Source: Mycobacteriales bacterium (GTDB lineage: Bacteria > Actinomycetota > Actinomycetes > Mycobacteriales > Geodermatophilaceae). From it: a stretch of 50,339 bases of DNA. Below, one piece after another: positions 1 to 9,107 of the stretch. Position numbers and translations under genes: made by a program. The DNA is taken from NCBI GenBank assembly GCA_038200385.1, contig JBBPYA010000120.1, forward strand, positions 1 through 50,339, in the 5' to 3' direction. The notes below the pieces were generated by a model that had not been told where the DNA came from, did no database searches, and was given only the letters and a program-made list of their open reading frames with translations. The first letter of the stretch is position 1, and every line of letters starts with the position of its first letter.

Positions 1-1466
1 CCGTCGGGGCCGTCCTGGAGACCGACGAGCACCGGGCGCTGGTCGAGACCGCGCAGCCGGATGCCCCCGACCTGCGCCACGTCTGGCAACTGGAGGGCAC
101 CGGGCTGGCCGACCTGCGCACCGGAGGCGCCGATCTGGACGACGCCGAGGTGGTGCAGCGCCGTGCGGCGACCGGGGCGCAGAGCCTGTGCAGCATCATC
201 TACACCAGCGGCACCACGGGTCGACCGAAGGGCTGCGAGCTGACCCACGGCAACCTGCTCTTCGACATCGGCAACGCGATCCCCGGCCTGCAGGCGCTGT
301 TCAACAAGCAGGGCTCCACCCTGCTGTTCCTGCCGCTGGCCCACGTCTTCGCCCGGCTGATCCAGTGCGGCGCAGTGCAGACCGGGGCCCGTCTCGGCCA
401 CACCGCGGACGTCAAGAACCTCATCGCCGACCTGGGTGCCTTCGGCCCGACGTTCCTGCTGTCGGTGCCGCGGGTGTTCGAGAAGATCTACAACTCGGCC
501 AAGCAGCGGGCGCACGCCGAGGGCAAGGGAAAGATCTTCGACGTCGCCGAGGACACCGCGATCGCCTACTCCGAGGCGCTGGACAAGGGGGGTCCCGGTC
601 TGCTGGACAAGGGTGGTCCCGGTCTGCTGCTCAAGACCAGGCACGCGCTGTTCGACAAGCTGGTGTACACCAAGCTGCGACACGCGCTCGGCGGCCGCTG
701 CCACTCCGCGGTGTCCGGGGGCGCGCCGCTGGGGGCCCGGCTCGGCCACTTCTTCCGCGGGATCGGGCTGACGGTCTACGAGGGCTACGGGCTGACCGAG
801 ACCTCCGCCGCGTCGACGGTCAACCTGCGCGACGCGATCAAGATCGGCACCGTCGGCAAGCCGTTGCCCGGTGTGGGCATCCGGATCGCCGACGACGGCG
901 AGATCCTGCTCAAGGGCCCGCACATCATGCGCGGGTACTGGCTCAACGAGGCCGCCACCCGCGAGGTGCTGACCGAGGACGGCTGGTTCCACACCGGCGA
1001 CCTGGGGGACCTCGACACCGACGGCTTCCTGCGGATCACCGGTCGCAAGAAGGAGATCATCGTGACCGCCGGCGGCAAGAACGTGGCCCCCGCGGTACTG
1101 GAGGATCGGCTCCGGGCGCACCCGCTGGTCAGCCAGTGCGTGGCCGTCGGGGACCAGCAGCCCTTCATCGGCTGCCTGGTCACCATCGACGCCGACGCGT
1201 TCCCGGACTGGAAGTCCAGGCACGGCAAGCCCTCCGAGGCCACCATCGGGGACCTGCGCGACGACGCGGACCTGCACGCGGAGATCCAGACCGCGGTGGA
1301 TGAGGCGAACCGCGCGGTGTCGGGCGCGGAGGCGATCAAGAAGTTCCGGATCCTCGCCGTCGACTTCACCGTCGAGGGCGGCGACCTGACGCCGAAACTG
1401 AGTGTCAAGCGCAGCGTCGTACTCAAGGAGTACGCCGACGACATCGCCGCGCTGTACACCCGCTGA
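1..1466 (+). CDS. fadD: long-chain fatty-acid--CoA ligase (AMP-dependent synthetase); 5' end lies outside the window
   Basis: Frame 3 is open from nt 3. It carries the AMP-binding motifs IYTSGTTGRPKG, YEGYGLTE and GWFHTGDLG. Its position next to the pimB/ripC-like genes matches Mtb fadD15. Confidence 0.9.
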   Translation, partial: VGAVLETDEHRALVETAQPDAPDLRHVWQLEGTGLADLRTGGADLDDAEVVQRRAATGAQSLCSIIYTSGTTGRPKGCELTHGNLLFDIGNAIPGLQALFNKQGSTLLFLPLAHVFARLIQCGAVQTGARLGHTADVKNLIADLGAFGPTFLLSVPRVFEKIYNSAKQRAHAEGKGKIFDVAEDTAIAYSEALDKGGPGLLDKGGPGLLLKTRHALFDKLVYTKLRHALGGRCHSAVSGGAPLGARLGHFFRGIGLTVYEGYGLTETSAASTVNLRDAIKIGTVGKPLPGVGIRIADDGEILLKGPHIMRGYWLNEAATREVLTEDGWFHTGDLGDLDTDGFLRITGRKKEIIVTAGGKNVAPAVLEDRLRAHPLVSQCVAVGDQQPFIGCLVTIDADAFPDWKSRHGKPSEATIGDLRDDADLHAEIQTAVDEANRAVSGAEAIKKFRILAVDFTVEGGDLTPKLSVKRSVVLKEYADDIAALYTR

Positions 1467-1467
1467 G

Positions 1468-1486
1468 CCGGCCGGCCTCCGGCCGG
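1468..1486. terminator. GC hairpin between convergent fadD and pimB-like genes (possible bidirectional terminator)
   Basis: CCGGCCGG-CCT-CCGGCCGG forms a perfect 8-bp stem 2 nt after the fadD stop codon. There is no U-tract. Confidence 0.3.
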
Positions 1487-1497
1487 ACCCCGCGCGG

Positions 1498-2637
1498 TCA
1501 GGGTGCGCGCAGCAGGCCGGACAGGCGTCGCGCCAGCAGGTCCCAGTCCCACTCCGCCTCGACCCAGGCCCGGCCGGCCCGGCCCATCGCGGCGGCCCGC
1601 TCGGGCTCGGACAGCAGCGCGATCAACCGGTCGGCGACCACTTGCGCAGATCGGGGGTCGAGCGCCACGAACCCCGTCTCGCCCGCCCGCACCGCCTCCG
1701 GGGCTCCGCCGGAGTTGCCGGCCAGCACCGGGAGCCCGCACGCCGAGGCCTCCAGGTAGACCATCCCGAGCCCCTCGACGTCCAACCCGCCGCGCCGGGT
1801 GCGGCACGGCATCGCAAAGACGTGACCGGCCCGGTAGTACGTCGGCAGCTGCCGCCACGGCACCTCACCGGCGAAACGCACCGCGTCGCGCACACCCTCG
1901 GCGGCGGCCAGCCGGACCAGCCGGTCCCGGTCGGGGCCGCCGCCGACGAGCAGCAGCATGGCACCCGGGACCACCGACCGGACGCGCGGCAGCGCGCGGA
2001 TCAGGACGTCCTGTCCCTTGCGCCGGACCAGCCTGGACACGCACACGATCGTCGGGGCCGCACCCAGGCCGAGCGCGGCCCGCACCGATCCGCCGTCCAC
2101 CGTCGGGTGGAACAACGCGGTGTCGACTCCGGGCGGCAGGTGGGCCAGTCCGGCGGCCGGGTCCAGCGCGGGGGCCAGCCCGCCGCGGGTGAACTCGGTG
2201 ATGTAGGTGAGCACGTCGACCTGCCGGCTGATCCGGCGCAACAGCCGGCGGGCGCCGGGTAGGGCGGCCCAACCGGTCTCGTGTCCGTGGGTCGAGGCCA
2301 CGACGTGCTCGATCCCGGCCTCGCGCAGCCGCGGGGTGAGCAGCGCCAGCGGCGCCGCGGCGCCGAACCACACCGTGCGACAGCCCTCGGCGCGGGCGAT
2401 CTGGGCGGCCCGCCGCGCGACCGCGGGGATCGGCAGCAGGATCCGGGAGCGGTCCCGCACCACCGGGTACGGCGCTGCGGCGTCGTGCCGTTCCCAGCCG
2501 GGGTGCCGCGAGGCGTAGACCACGACCGAGCCGGCCGGTTGCCGGTCAACCAGGGCACCGACGTAGGTCTGGATGCCGCCGGTCCGCGGCGGGAAGTCGT
2601 TGGTGACGACCAGGGTGCGCGCGGGTGGTCCGGTCAC
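1498..2637 (-). CDS. pimB: GT4 family glycosyltransferase, PimB-like phosphatidylinositol mannosyltransferase
   Basis: The N-terminus LVVTNDFPPRTGGIQTYV and the C-terminal EGLGMVYLEASACGLPVLAGNSGGAPE (E-x7-E region) fit the family. It is syntenic with Mtb Rv2188c. Confidence 0.8.
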   Translation of the reverse strand: MTGPPARTLVVTNDFPPRTGGIQTYVGALVDRQPAGSVVVYASRHPGWERHDAAAPYPVVRDRSRILLPIPAVARRAAQIARAEGCRTVWFGAAAPLALLTPRLREAGIEHVVASTHGHETGWAALPGARRLLRRISRQVDVLTYITEFTRGGLAPALDPAAGLAHLPPGVDTALFHPTVDGGSVRAALGLGAAPTIVCVSRLVRRKGQDVLIRALPRVRSVVPGAMLLLVGGGPDRDRLVRLAAAEGVRDAVRFAGEVPWRQLPTYYRAGHVFAMPCRTRRGGLDVEGLGMVYLEASACGLPVLAGNSGGAPEAVRAGETGFVALDPRSAQVVADRLIALLSEPERAAAMGRAGRAWVEAEWDWDLLARRLSGLLRAP

Positions 2638-2677
2638 GGTTGCGCCCTACCGCGCCGACTGCCCGGCAGGGCGTCGG

Positions 2678-4018
2678 TCAGGGCAGCGCGACCCGCTGGG
2701 CGTGGTTGTAGTCCCAGCCGGCGGCGTCGATGCTCTGGATGCTCACCACGCTGCCCGTGTTGGGCGCGTGGATCATCTGGCCGTTGCCGATGTAGATGCC
2801 GACGTGGTGGATCGGGTTGTAGAAGAACACCAGGTCGCCGGGCAGTAGCTGGTCGCGCGGGACGTAGACGCCCATCGTGGACTGCATGGTGCTGGAGTGC
2901 GGCAGGTTGATGCCGGCGGCGGCGTAGGAGTACATCGTCAGACCCGAGCAGTCGAAGGCGTTCGGTCCGGCGGCGGCCCACACGTAGGGGTCACCCAGCT
3001 GCGCGTAGGCCGTGTCCACGGCAATCTGCGCCGCTGCCGTTGGGGCCACGATCGGGGAGGACGGGGCCGGCGGCGCGTCCTGCGACGGGGCCTGCGCGGG
3101 GGCCGACGACGGGCGCTGCGAACCCCCGCCGGTGCTCGTCGAACTGCTCGTGCTCGGCTGGCTGGCCTGGGCGGTCTGGGCGGCCTGGGCGGCCTGAGCG
3201 GCCTGAGCGGCCTGAGCGGCCTGGGCGGCCTGGGCGGCCTCGTGGGCCCGGGCGAGGGCGGCCTTGCGCTCCTGCTCGGTCAGCGTCGCCAGCAGCGCCT
3301 GGAGCTTGGGGAGGTCGGCCTCGATCCGGGTCTGCTTGGCCTGCAGATCCACGGCCGCGGCGGCTGCCTCGGCCAGCGCTTGCTCCGAGCGCTGGGTCAG
3401 CTCGGCCGCCTGGGCGCGGGCCTTGGCCAGGGTGACTGCCAGATCGTTGCTGTGCGCGGAGATCGCATCGAGGGTGTTCAGCCGGTCCAGGAACTCCTGC
3501 GGGGAGCCGCTGGTCATCAGCACCGTGAACCCGGCGATCGGGTCCCCGGTGTAGGCGCCCTGGGCGACGTCGCGGACCTGGGCGTCGAGGGTGGCGATGT
3601 CCCGTTGGACCTGGCCGAGCTGCGCGGAGGCGACAGCAGCCTCGGCGCGACGCTGGTCACGCAGGATCTTCGCCTCGTTGTACTGCTCGGTGACGATCTC
3701 GATCTGATCGTTGAGCTTGGCCACCTCGTCCTGGGCCTGCGCAGCGGTCGTCGGCTCGGCAGGTGCTGCGGCCGGGGCCGGTGCCGGCGCGGAGGTGCTC
3801 GGCGCCGGCGCGGTGCCACCGGGTGCGGCGTACGCCGCGGGAGCCAGGCTCAGACCGAGGGCAGCGGCGGCGACGACGGTGACGAGGCGGGCCGAGCGGC
3901 GGGCCGAGCCGCGGGCCGAGGACCGGGCTCGGCGGCGGGCGGGGAATCGGGTGAAGCGGCCGGCAGGGCGGCGCAGGGCAGCTGAGGTCGCCACGGGCGG
4001 CGGCACTCCTTCTTCCAC
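2678..4018 (-). CDS. ripC: secreted NlpC/P60 peptidoglycan endopeptidase with coiled-coil N-domain (RipC-like)
   Basis: It has a signal-like segment LVTVVAAAALGLSLAPAAYA and a long Ala/Gln coiled coil. The C-terminal NlpC/P60 domain shows FDCSGL...HHVGIY...IHAP. The GTG at 3994 (AGGAG 11 nt upstream) is an alternative start. Confidence 0.88.
   Translation of the reverse strand: MEEGVPPPVATSAALRRPAGRFTRFPARRRARSSARGSARRSARLVTVVAAAALGLSLAPAAYAAPGGTAPAPSTSAPAPAPAAAPAEPTTAAQAQDEVAKLNDQIEIVTEQYNEAKILRDQRRAEAAVASAQLGQVQRDIATLDAQVRDVAQGAYTGDPIAGFTVLMTSGSPQEFLDRLNTLDAISAHSNDLAVTLAKARAQAAELTQRSEQALAEAAAAAVDLQAKQTRIEADLPKLQALLATLTEQERKAALARAHEAAQAAQAAQAAQAAQAAQAAQTAQASQPSTSSSTSTGGGSQRPSSAPAQAPSQDAPPAPSSPIVAPTAAAQIAVDTAYAQLGDPYVWAAAGPNAFDCSGLTMYSYAAAGINLPHSSTMQSTMGVYVPRDQLLPGDLVFFYNPIHHVGIYIGNGQMIHAPNTGSVVSIQSIDAAGWDYNHAQRVALP
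3164..3240. repeat. 9-bp tandem array (GGCCTGRGC, about 8.5 copies) encoding (AAQ)n inside the ripC-like gene
   Basis: Direct reading gives ggcctgggc/ggcctgagc units, translated on the minus strand as AQAAQAAQAAQAAQAAQTAQ. Confidence 0.9.
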
Positions 4019-4022
4019 GTCG

Positions 4023-4196
4023 ACCGCCTACCGAGTTAGCTGACGGGTTCGGGCTGGGAAGCTGCCCTACGGCGCGCCCGACGTACGAGGTCGGCGCTCC
4101 GATTCACCCCAAGGACTACGTGGGTCCCCGGCTCGGTTCGGCCTCCGGTACGCGAGGTGTCCTCGCGTGGGCGGCCGGACCTGATTCGGCGGTGAC
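4023..4196 (-). promoter_or_regulatory. ydaO/yuaA-class cyclic-di-AMP riboswitch in the 5' leader of the ripC-like gene
   Basis: The minus-strand RNA contains, in order, CGCCGAAUC, GAGCCGGGGACCCA, GGGGUGAAUC and CCCGAACCCGUCAGCUAACUCGGUAGGCGG. The terminal CCGCC/GGCGG can form P1. The element ends just before the SD GGAAGAAGGAG. Confidence 0.85.
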
Positions 4197-4316
4197 CGGC
4201 CGAGGTCACCCGGCGGTGACAGAGGCTCAGACGGTCGCTCGACACGATAGGTGTCGTGACCTTGCTGTGACAAACCGCCGCGGCGTTTTCCCCAGACTTT
4301 TTGGTGATCTGCGCGA

Positions 4317-4553
4317 TCACCCCGCTCTTTCTCTACCGGAGGTGACCGACCCCTCACACTCAGTCGAGATCTGTACGAGTCGAAGCGGAGGGACCAGCCC
4401 GGCGCCGGCCAGCGCCTGGACGGCACGCCGGTCCACCTCGTCCAGCTCCCAGCCCTCGTCCTGCTCGCCGGTGTCGCCGGCCAGCAGCACCGTGACCACA
4501 CAGTCCGAACAGGCCGGCCCGCGGACGGCGCACTCGTCGCAGTCGATGATCAT
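4317..4553 (-). CDS. small conserved-looking Cys-rich protein of unknown function (C-x2-C-x6-C-x2-C at N-terminus)
   Basis: The ORF starts at an ATG and begins MIIDCDECAVRGPACSDCVVTVLL. It shows the high GC3 typical of coding sequence here. No function could be assigned. Confidence 0.5.
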   Translation of the reverse strand: MIIDCDECAVRGPACSDCVVTVLLAGDTGEQDEGWELDEVDRRAVQALAGAGLVPPLRLVQISTECEGSVTSGRERAG

Positions 4554-4630
4554 CGTGCCTCCAGTGGGTGCGCCGCGGGGTGCGGCGGTCTGTCCGGAGG
4601 CTAGGTGTCGCCACCGACAGAACCGCTCGG

Positions 4631-5134
4631 TCAGGCCCGGTCGAGCCGGCGGACCAGTACCTGCGCGGGCAACGGGCGCGCGCCGCTGACCCGTACCGAG
4701 TCGGCGACCTCCCGGTCACTGGAGACCCCGCCCGACTGAACGTCACCCGGACGTGGCGCGGGGTCGGCGGCAGGACCGGGGGGCGCTGCGCGCCGTCGAA
4801 GGCACAGGTGACCTCGACGCCGTAGCCGGTCTTGGTGACGTTGTAGCCGTCCACGATCAGATGCGCGGCCGGCAGCGCGAGCAACCGGTCCAGCAGCAAC
4901 CACAGCTTCGCGTCGTCGGCGGTACGGGCCTGCCGGACGCTGCTCCGGGCCGCCTCGGAGGCCCGGCTCGGCCTCGTGCAGTCGTTGCCGTACCCGCCGG
5001 CTCTCGGTCTGCGCGGAGGCCTGGGCCAGCGCCAGCTCCTCGCGCAGCGCGGTCGTCTCACGGTGCACCGCGGGCTCGGTAGCGGCGCCGACGACCGGCC
5101 CGGACGCCGGGCGCAGCGGATCCTGCGAGGTCAT
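4631..5134 (-). pseudogene. NYN/YacP-like (PIN-related) domain gene, frame-disrupted and internally shortened
   Basis: Homology blocks are split over two frames. The coiled-coil N-terminus and ...VSSDREVADSVRVSGARPLP... lie in one frame. LIVDGYNVTKTGY...VEVTCAFDGA...VRVTFSRAG lies in the other. The expected linker segments are missing. Confidence 0.55.
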
Positions 5135-5229
5135 CGCTGCGCGATCCGGGTCGGCCGCCCCTCCAATCTGGTGCGCCCACCCCGGCCGGGTTCCGCAGTT
5201 TCGTCGTACCGGCGACCTACCGTCCGGCC

Positions 5230-7026
5230 ATGCCCGCCACCGGTCGACCCCTGGCCGGATGTCCGCTGTTCGTGCAGCCGACGTTCGACGAGCTCGGCGA
5301 GCCGCTGCGGGAGGTCAGCTTCGTCGTGGTCGACCTGGAGACCACCGGCGGCGCCCCCGGCGCGCACGCGATCACCGAGATCGGAGCGGTGAAGGTCCGC
5401 GGCGGGCAGGTCGAGGGCGAGTTCCAGACCCTGGTCGATCCGGGGTGCGCCATCCCGCCGTTCATCTCCGTGCTGACCGGGATCACCGACACGATGGTCG
5501 TGGCCGCGCCAAGGATCGAGCGGGCCCTCCCCGCGTTCCTCGAGTTCGCCGCCGGCAGCGTGCTGGTGGCCCACAACGCGCCCTTCGACGTGGGGTTCCT
5601 GCGGGCGGCCTGCGCGGGCCTGGACATCACCTGGCCGGGTTTCGTGAGCATTGACACCGCGACCCTGGCCCGGCGGGTGCTCAGCCGCGACGAGGTTCCC
5701 AACTGCAAGCTGGGCACGCTGGCGCCGTTCTTCCACGCCCGGACCAGACCCACGCACCGCGCGCTGGAGGATGCCCGGGCCACCGTCGACGTGCTGCACG
5801 GACTGCTCGAGCGGCTGGGCCCGCTCGGGGTGCACTCGCTGGAGGAGCTGCGCTCCATCGAGCACCAGGTCGCCCCGGAGCGGCGGCGCAAGCGCTACCT
5901 CGCGCAGGATCTGCCCAGCGCACCCGGCGTGTACGTGTTCAAGGACGGCCGCGGCGAGCCCCTGTACGTCGGGACCAGCAAGGACATCCGGGCCAGGGTG
6001 CGCAGCTACTTCGTGGCCAGTGAGAAGCGTTCCCGGATGACCGAGATGGTCGGCATCGCCGAGCGCGTCGATCCGATCGTGTGTGCCCACGAGCTGGAGG
6101 CGCAGGTCCGCGAACTGCGGCTGATCGCCGAGTGCAAGCCCCGCTACAACCGGCGGTCCCGGTTTCCGGAGCGGGCGGTGTGGGTGGCGCTGACCGTGGA
6201 GGCGTTCCCCAGGCTCTGTCTGGTCCGCCGGGTCCGCGATGACGGCCGCACCTACCTCGGCCCGTTCGGTTCCCGGCGCTCGGCCCAGCAGGCGGTGGAC
6301 GCGATCCACGAGGCGCTGCCGCTGCGCCAGTGCGCCGGGCGGCTGTCGAGTAGTGCGCGTGGCAGCGCCTGCGCGCTGGCCGGGATCGGCCGCTGCGGCG
6401 CCCCCTGCGAGGGCCGGCAGGGGATTGCCGAGTACGCCGAGATCGTCCGGGCGCTGCAGGCGGCGCTGGCCACGGACCCGCGCCCTCTGCTCACGCCGCT
6501 GCTGGACCGGATCGACCGGCTGTGCGCGACGGAGCGCTTCGAGACCGCGGCGGCCGTGCGCGACCGGGCCGCCACGCTGATCCGGGTCTGCGCCAGATTG
6601 CAGCGGCTGCGCCAGCTGACCGACGTCGCGGAGCTGGTCGCGGGACGCCCGGACGGGTGCGGCGGGTGGGATCTCGCGGTGGTCCGCCGAGGCCGGCTGG
6701 TGGCCGCCGAGCACGCCATTCGCGGTGTCGCGCCGCACCCGGTCGTCGATGCGATGCGGGCCACGGCGGAGACGGTGCTGGCCGGTCCGGGCCCGCTGCC
6801 GGCGTGCTCGGCCGAGGAGGCCGAGTGCGTCCTGCGCTGGCTGGAGCGACCGGGCACCCGGCTGATCCACCTCGAAGGGACCCTCGCCAGCCCGGCGGGC
6901 GGCGCCCGCGGACTGCAGGGCTGGTTGGCCGCGGTCGACCTCGGCCGCGGGCAGGCCGACCCGTTCGCCGACCGCCGCCGGTTGCGCACCGAGGCCCGCC
7001 CCGCCCGGGCGCCCCGGTCAGCCTGA
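5230..7026 (+). CDS. DEDD (DnaQ-like) 3'-5' exonuclease fused to a GIY-YIG (UvrC N-terminal-like) nuclease domain
   Basis: The exonuclease motifs are VVVDLETTGG, VAHNAPFDVGFL and HRALEDARATVDV. The GIY-YIG domain reads PGVYVFKDGRGEPLYVGTSKDIRARVRSYF. The architecture matches Mtb Rv2191. Confidence 0.85.
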   Translation: MPATGRPLAGCPLFVQPTFDELGEPLREVSFVVVDLETTGGAPGAHAITEIGAVKVRGGQVEGEFQTLVDPGCAIPPFISVLTGITDTMVVAAPRIERALPAFLEFAAGSVLVAHNAPFDVGFLRAACAGLDITWPGFVSIDTATLARRVLSRDEVPNCKLGTLAPFFHARTRPTHRALEDARATVDVLHGLLERLGPLGVHSLEELRSIEHQVAPERRRKRYLAQDLPSAPGVYVFKDGRGEPLYVGTSKDIRARVRSYFVASEKRSRMTEMVGIAERVDPIVCAHELEAQVRELRLIAECKPRYNRRSRFPERAVWVALTVEAFPRLCLVRRVRDDGRTYLGPFGSRRSAQQAVDAIHEALPLRQCAGRLSSSARGSACALAGIGRCGAPCEGRQGIAEYAEIVRALQAALATDPRPLLTPLLDRIDRLCATERFETAAAVRDRAATLIRVCARLQRLRQLTDVAELVAGRPDGCGGWDLAVVRRGRLVAAEHAIRGVAPHPVVDAMRATAETVLAGPGPLPACSAEEAECVLRWLERPGTRLIHLEGTLASPAGGARGLQGWLAAVDLGRGQADPFADRRRLRTEARPARAPRSA

Positions 7027-7111
7027 CCGGGCGCGGGGACGGCCGGCGGGAGGTACGGCGGCGCGCCGGTACCATCGCGCTGCCCGCAGCATCCGGCCCT
7101 GGGAGCCTGCC

Positions 7112-7390
7112 GTGATCACCGCGATCGTCATGATCAGTGCCGCGACCGACGCCATCCCCGAGGTGGCCGCGGCCATCGCCGACCTCGACGGGGTGAGCGA
7201 GGTGTACAGCGTCGCCGGGCACGTCGACCTCATCGCGGTGGTCCGGGTCCGCCAGTTCGACGATGTCGCCGAGGTGATCGCCGGCTCGATCAACCGGGTA
7301 GAGGGCGTCCAGGACACCGAGACCCACATCGCCTTCCGCGCCTACTCCAAGCACGACCTGGAGGCGGCGTTCGCGCTCGGCTTCGAGTAG
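7112..7390 (+). CDS. stand-alone Lrp/AsnC ligand-binding (RAM) domain protein
   Basis: This 92-aa ORF with a GTG start reads MITAIVMISA...VSEVYSVAGHVDLIAVVRVRQ...THIAFRAYS, typical of the small actinobacterial AsnC-type domain proteins. Confidence 0.7.
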   Translation: MITAIVMISAATDAIPEVAAAIADLDGVSEVYSVAGHVDLIAVVRVRQFDDVAEVIAGSINRVEGVQDTETHIAFRAYSKHDLEAAFALGFE

Positions 7391-7394
7391 GGCC

Positions 7395-8072
7395 TCAGGT
7401 GCGCGCGGCCAGGTAGACGACGTCGGGCTCGCCGCGGGGCACCGCGACCGTCCGGAGCTGCACACCCCCGTCGAAGGCTTCCCGGAGCCGACCCTCGAAA
7501 TCCGGGTCGGCGGCCGCGCTCCACACCGCCAGGACGCCGCCCGGCCGCAGCACCCGGCGCAGCGCGGCGATGCCCGCGTCGGTGTAGAGGACGGCGTTGG
7601 CCGGCATGACCGTCCACTGCGGACCGTTGTCGACGTCGAGGCAGACCACGTCGTACCCCCTGGGCTCCTGGGAGGGCAGCCAGCCGACCAGGTCGGCGCA
7701 CACCAGCCGCACCCTGGGGTCATCGCACCCGTCCCCGGAGAACCGGCCAAGGTGGCTGCGTTGCCAGTCCACGATCGCCGGCTCGATCTCGACGACGCCG
7801 ACCCCGGTCACGTGCTCGTGGCGCAGCACCTCGGCGAGGGTGAAGCCCACCCCCAGGCCCCCGAGCAGCACCCGGGTCTCAGCCTGCCGGCCGGCCAGCG
7901 CGGCGGAGGCGAGCAACCGCTCGGAGCGCCCGTCCCGGGTGTCCATGAGAAACACCCCGTTGCTGATGATCTCGAACTGCGCGCCGTCCCGGCGCAGGAC
8001 CAGCTCGCCCCGCGCCGTCATCCGACGTTCGAGGACGGTCAGGGCCGGGCGTCCTGGCTGACCTCGCACCAC
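7395..8072 (-). CDS. spermidine synthase-like SAM-dependent methyltransferase family protein
   Basis: [33 protein letters not shown] and the SAM-binding loop [11 protein letters not shown] fit the family. The start is uncertain. Position 8072 overlaps the trpD 3' end by 34 nt, and the ATG at 8021 is the alternative. Confidence 0.7.
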   Translation of the reverse strand: MVRGQPGRPALTVLERRMTARGELVLRRDGAQFEIISNGVFLMDTRDGRSERLLASAALAGRQAETRVLLGGLGVGFTLAEVLRHEHVTGVGVVEIEPAIVDWQRSHLGRFSGDGCDDPRVRLVCADLVGWLPSQEPRGYDVVCLDVDNGPQWTVMPANAVLYTDAGIAALRRVLRPGGVLAVWSAAADPDFEGRLREAFDGGVQLRTVAVPRGEPDVVYLAART

Positions 8073-9097
8073 CGTTGCAGGACCCGTGCGGCGGCGCCGT
8101 CCTCCAGCGCGGTCCGGGCCAGCTCCAGCCCCGCCTCCAACGCGGGCAACAGGCTGCCCGGGTCGGCGCTGACACCGGCGTAGGCGGCGACCGCCGCGGC
8201 GGCGTTCAGCAGCACCGCATCGCGCACCGGGCCGGGCTCACCGGCGAACACCGCCCGCGCCACGTCGGCGTTGGCCGGGGGGGCGCCCCCGACCAGGTCC
8301 TCCGGCCGGGAGCGCTCCAGTCCGAGGTCGGCGGGGTCGAGCACGGTCTCCGCGACTGCCCCGTCCCCAACGAGCCACAACCGCGACGTCGTCGTCGTGG
8401 TCAGCTCGTCCAGACCGTCGTCGCCGCGGAAGACGTACGCGCTGGTCCCCCGCCCGGCCAGCACTCCGGCCATCACCGCGGCCATCCGCGGGTCGGCGCA
8501 CCCGACAGCCTGCGCGGCCGGGAGCGAGGGGTTGGTGAGCGGGCCGAGGAAGTTGAACACCGTGGGCACCCCGAGTTCGCGCCTGGCCACGGCCGCGTGC
8601 CGCATCCCCGGGTGGAAGACCGGCGCGAAGAAGAACCCGATGCCGGCCTCGGCGACGCAGCGGGCCACGCCGGCCGGGGGCAGGTCGATGACCACGCCGA
8701 GTTCTTCGAGCAAATCCGCCGAACCGCAGGACGAGGACGCGGCCCGGTTTCCGTGCTTGGCCACCGGGATCCCGCAGCCGGCCGCGACGACGGCGGCCAT
8801 CGTGGAGATGTTCACCGTGCGCGCGCGGTCCCCGCCGGTTCCGACCACGTCGACGCACCGCCCGGCGATCTGCACCGGCGTCGCGTGCTCGATCATCGCC
8901 TGCACGAGGCCCGCGACCTCGGCGGCGGACTCGCCCTTGGCCCGCAGTGCCACCGCGAACCCCGCGACCTGGACCGGGCTGGCCTGCCCAGACATGATCT
9001 CGCCCATCGCCCACTCGGTCGCGGCACTGTCGAGGTCGCCACCGGCCATCAGCCGGGCGAGCACCCCCGGCCAGCCGCCCGCGACCGGCCCGGTCAC
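8039..9097 (-). CDS. trpD: anthranilate phosphoribosyltransferase
   Basis: It carries the motifs [49 protein letters not shown]. Its position upstream of ctaE-qcrCAB matches Mtb. Confidence 0.93.
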   Translation of the reverse strand: MTGPVAGGWPGVLARLMAGGDLDSAATEWAMGEIMSGQASPVQVAGFAVALRAKGESAAEVAGLVQAMIEHATPVQIAGRCVDVVGTGGDRARTVNISTMAAVVAAGCGIPVAKHGNRAASSSCGSADLLEELGVVIDLPPAGVARCVAEAGIGFFFAPVFHPGMRHAAVARRELGVPTVFNFLGPLTNPSLPAAQAVGCADPRMAAVMAGVLAGRGTSAYVFRGDDGLDELTTTTTSRLWLVGDGAVAETVLDPADLGLERSRPEDLVGGAPPANADVARAVFAGEPGPVRDAVLLNAAAAVAAYAGVSADPGSLLPALEAGLELARTALEDGAAARVLQRWCEVSQDARP

Positions 9098-9107
9098 CGG
9101 GGGCCTG

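Noticed and set aside
5131-6870. A 579-aa ORF on the minus strand, antisense to the DEDD/GIY-YIG nuclease gene.
   Set aside because: This is a typical high-GC shadow ORF. Its composition is Arg/Pro/Gly/Ala-rich with no recognisable motifs, while the plus-strand frame has clear exonuclease and GIY-YIG motifs.
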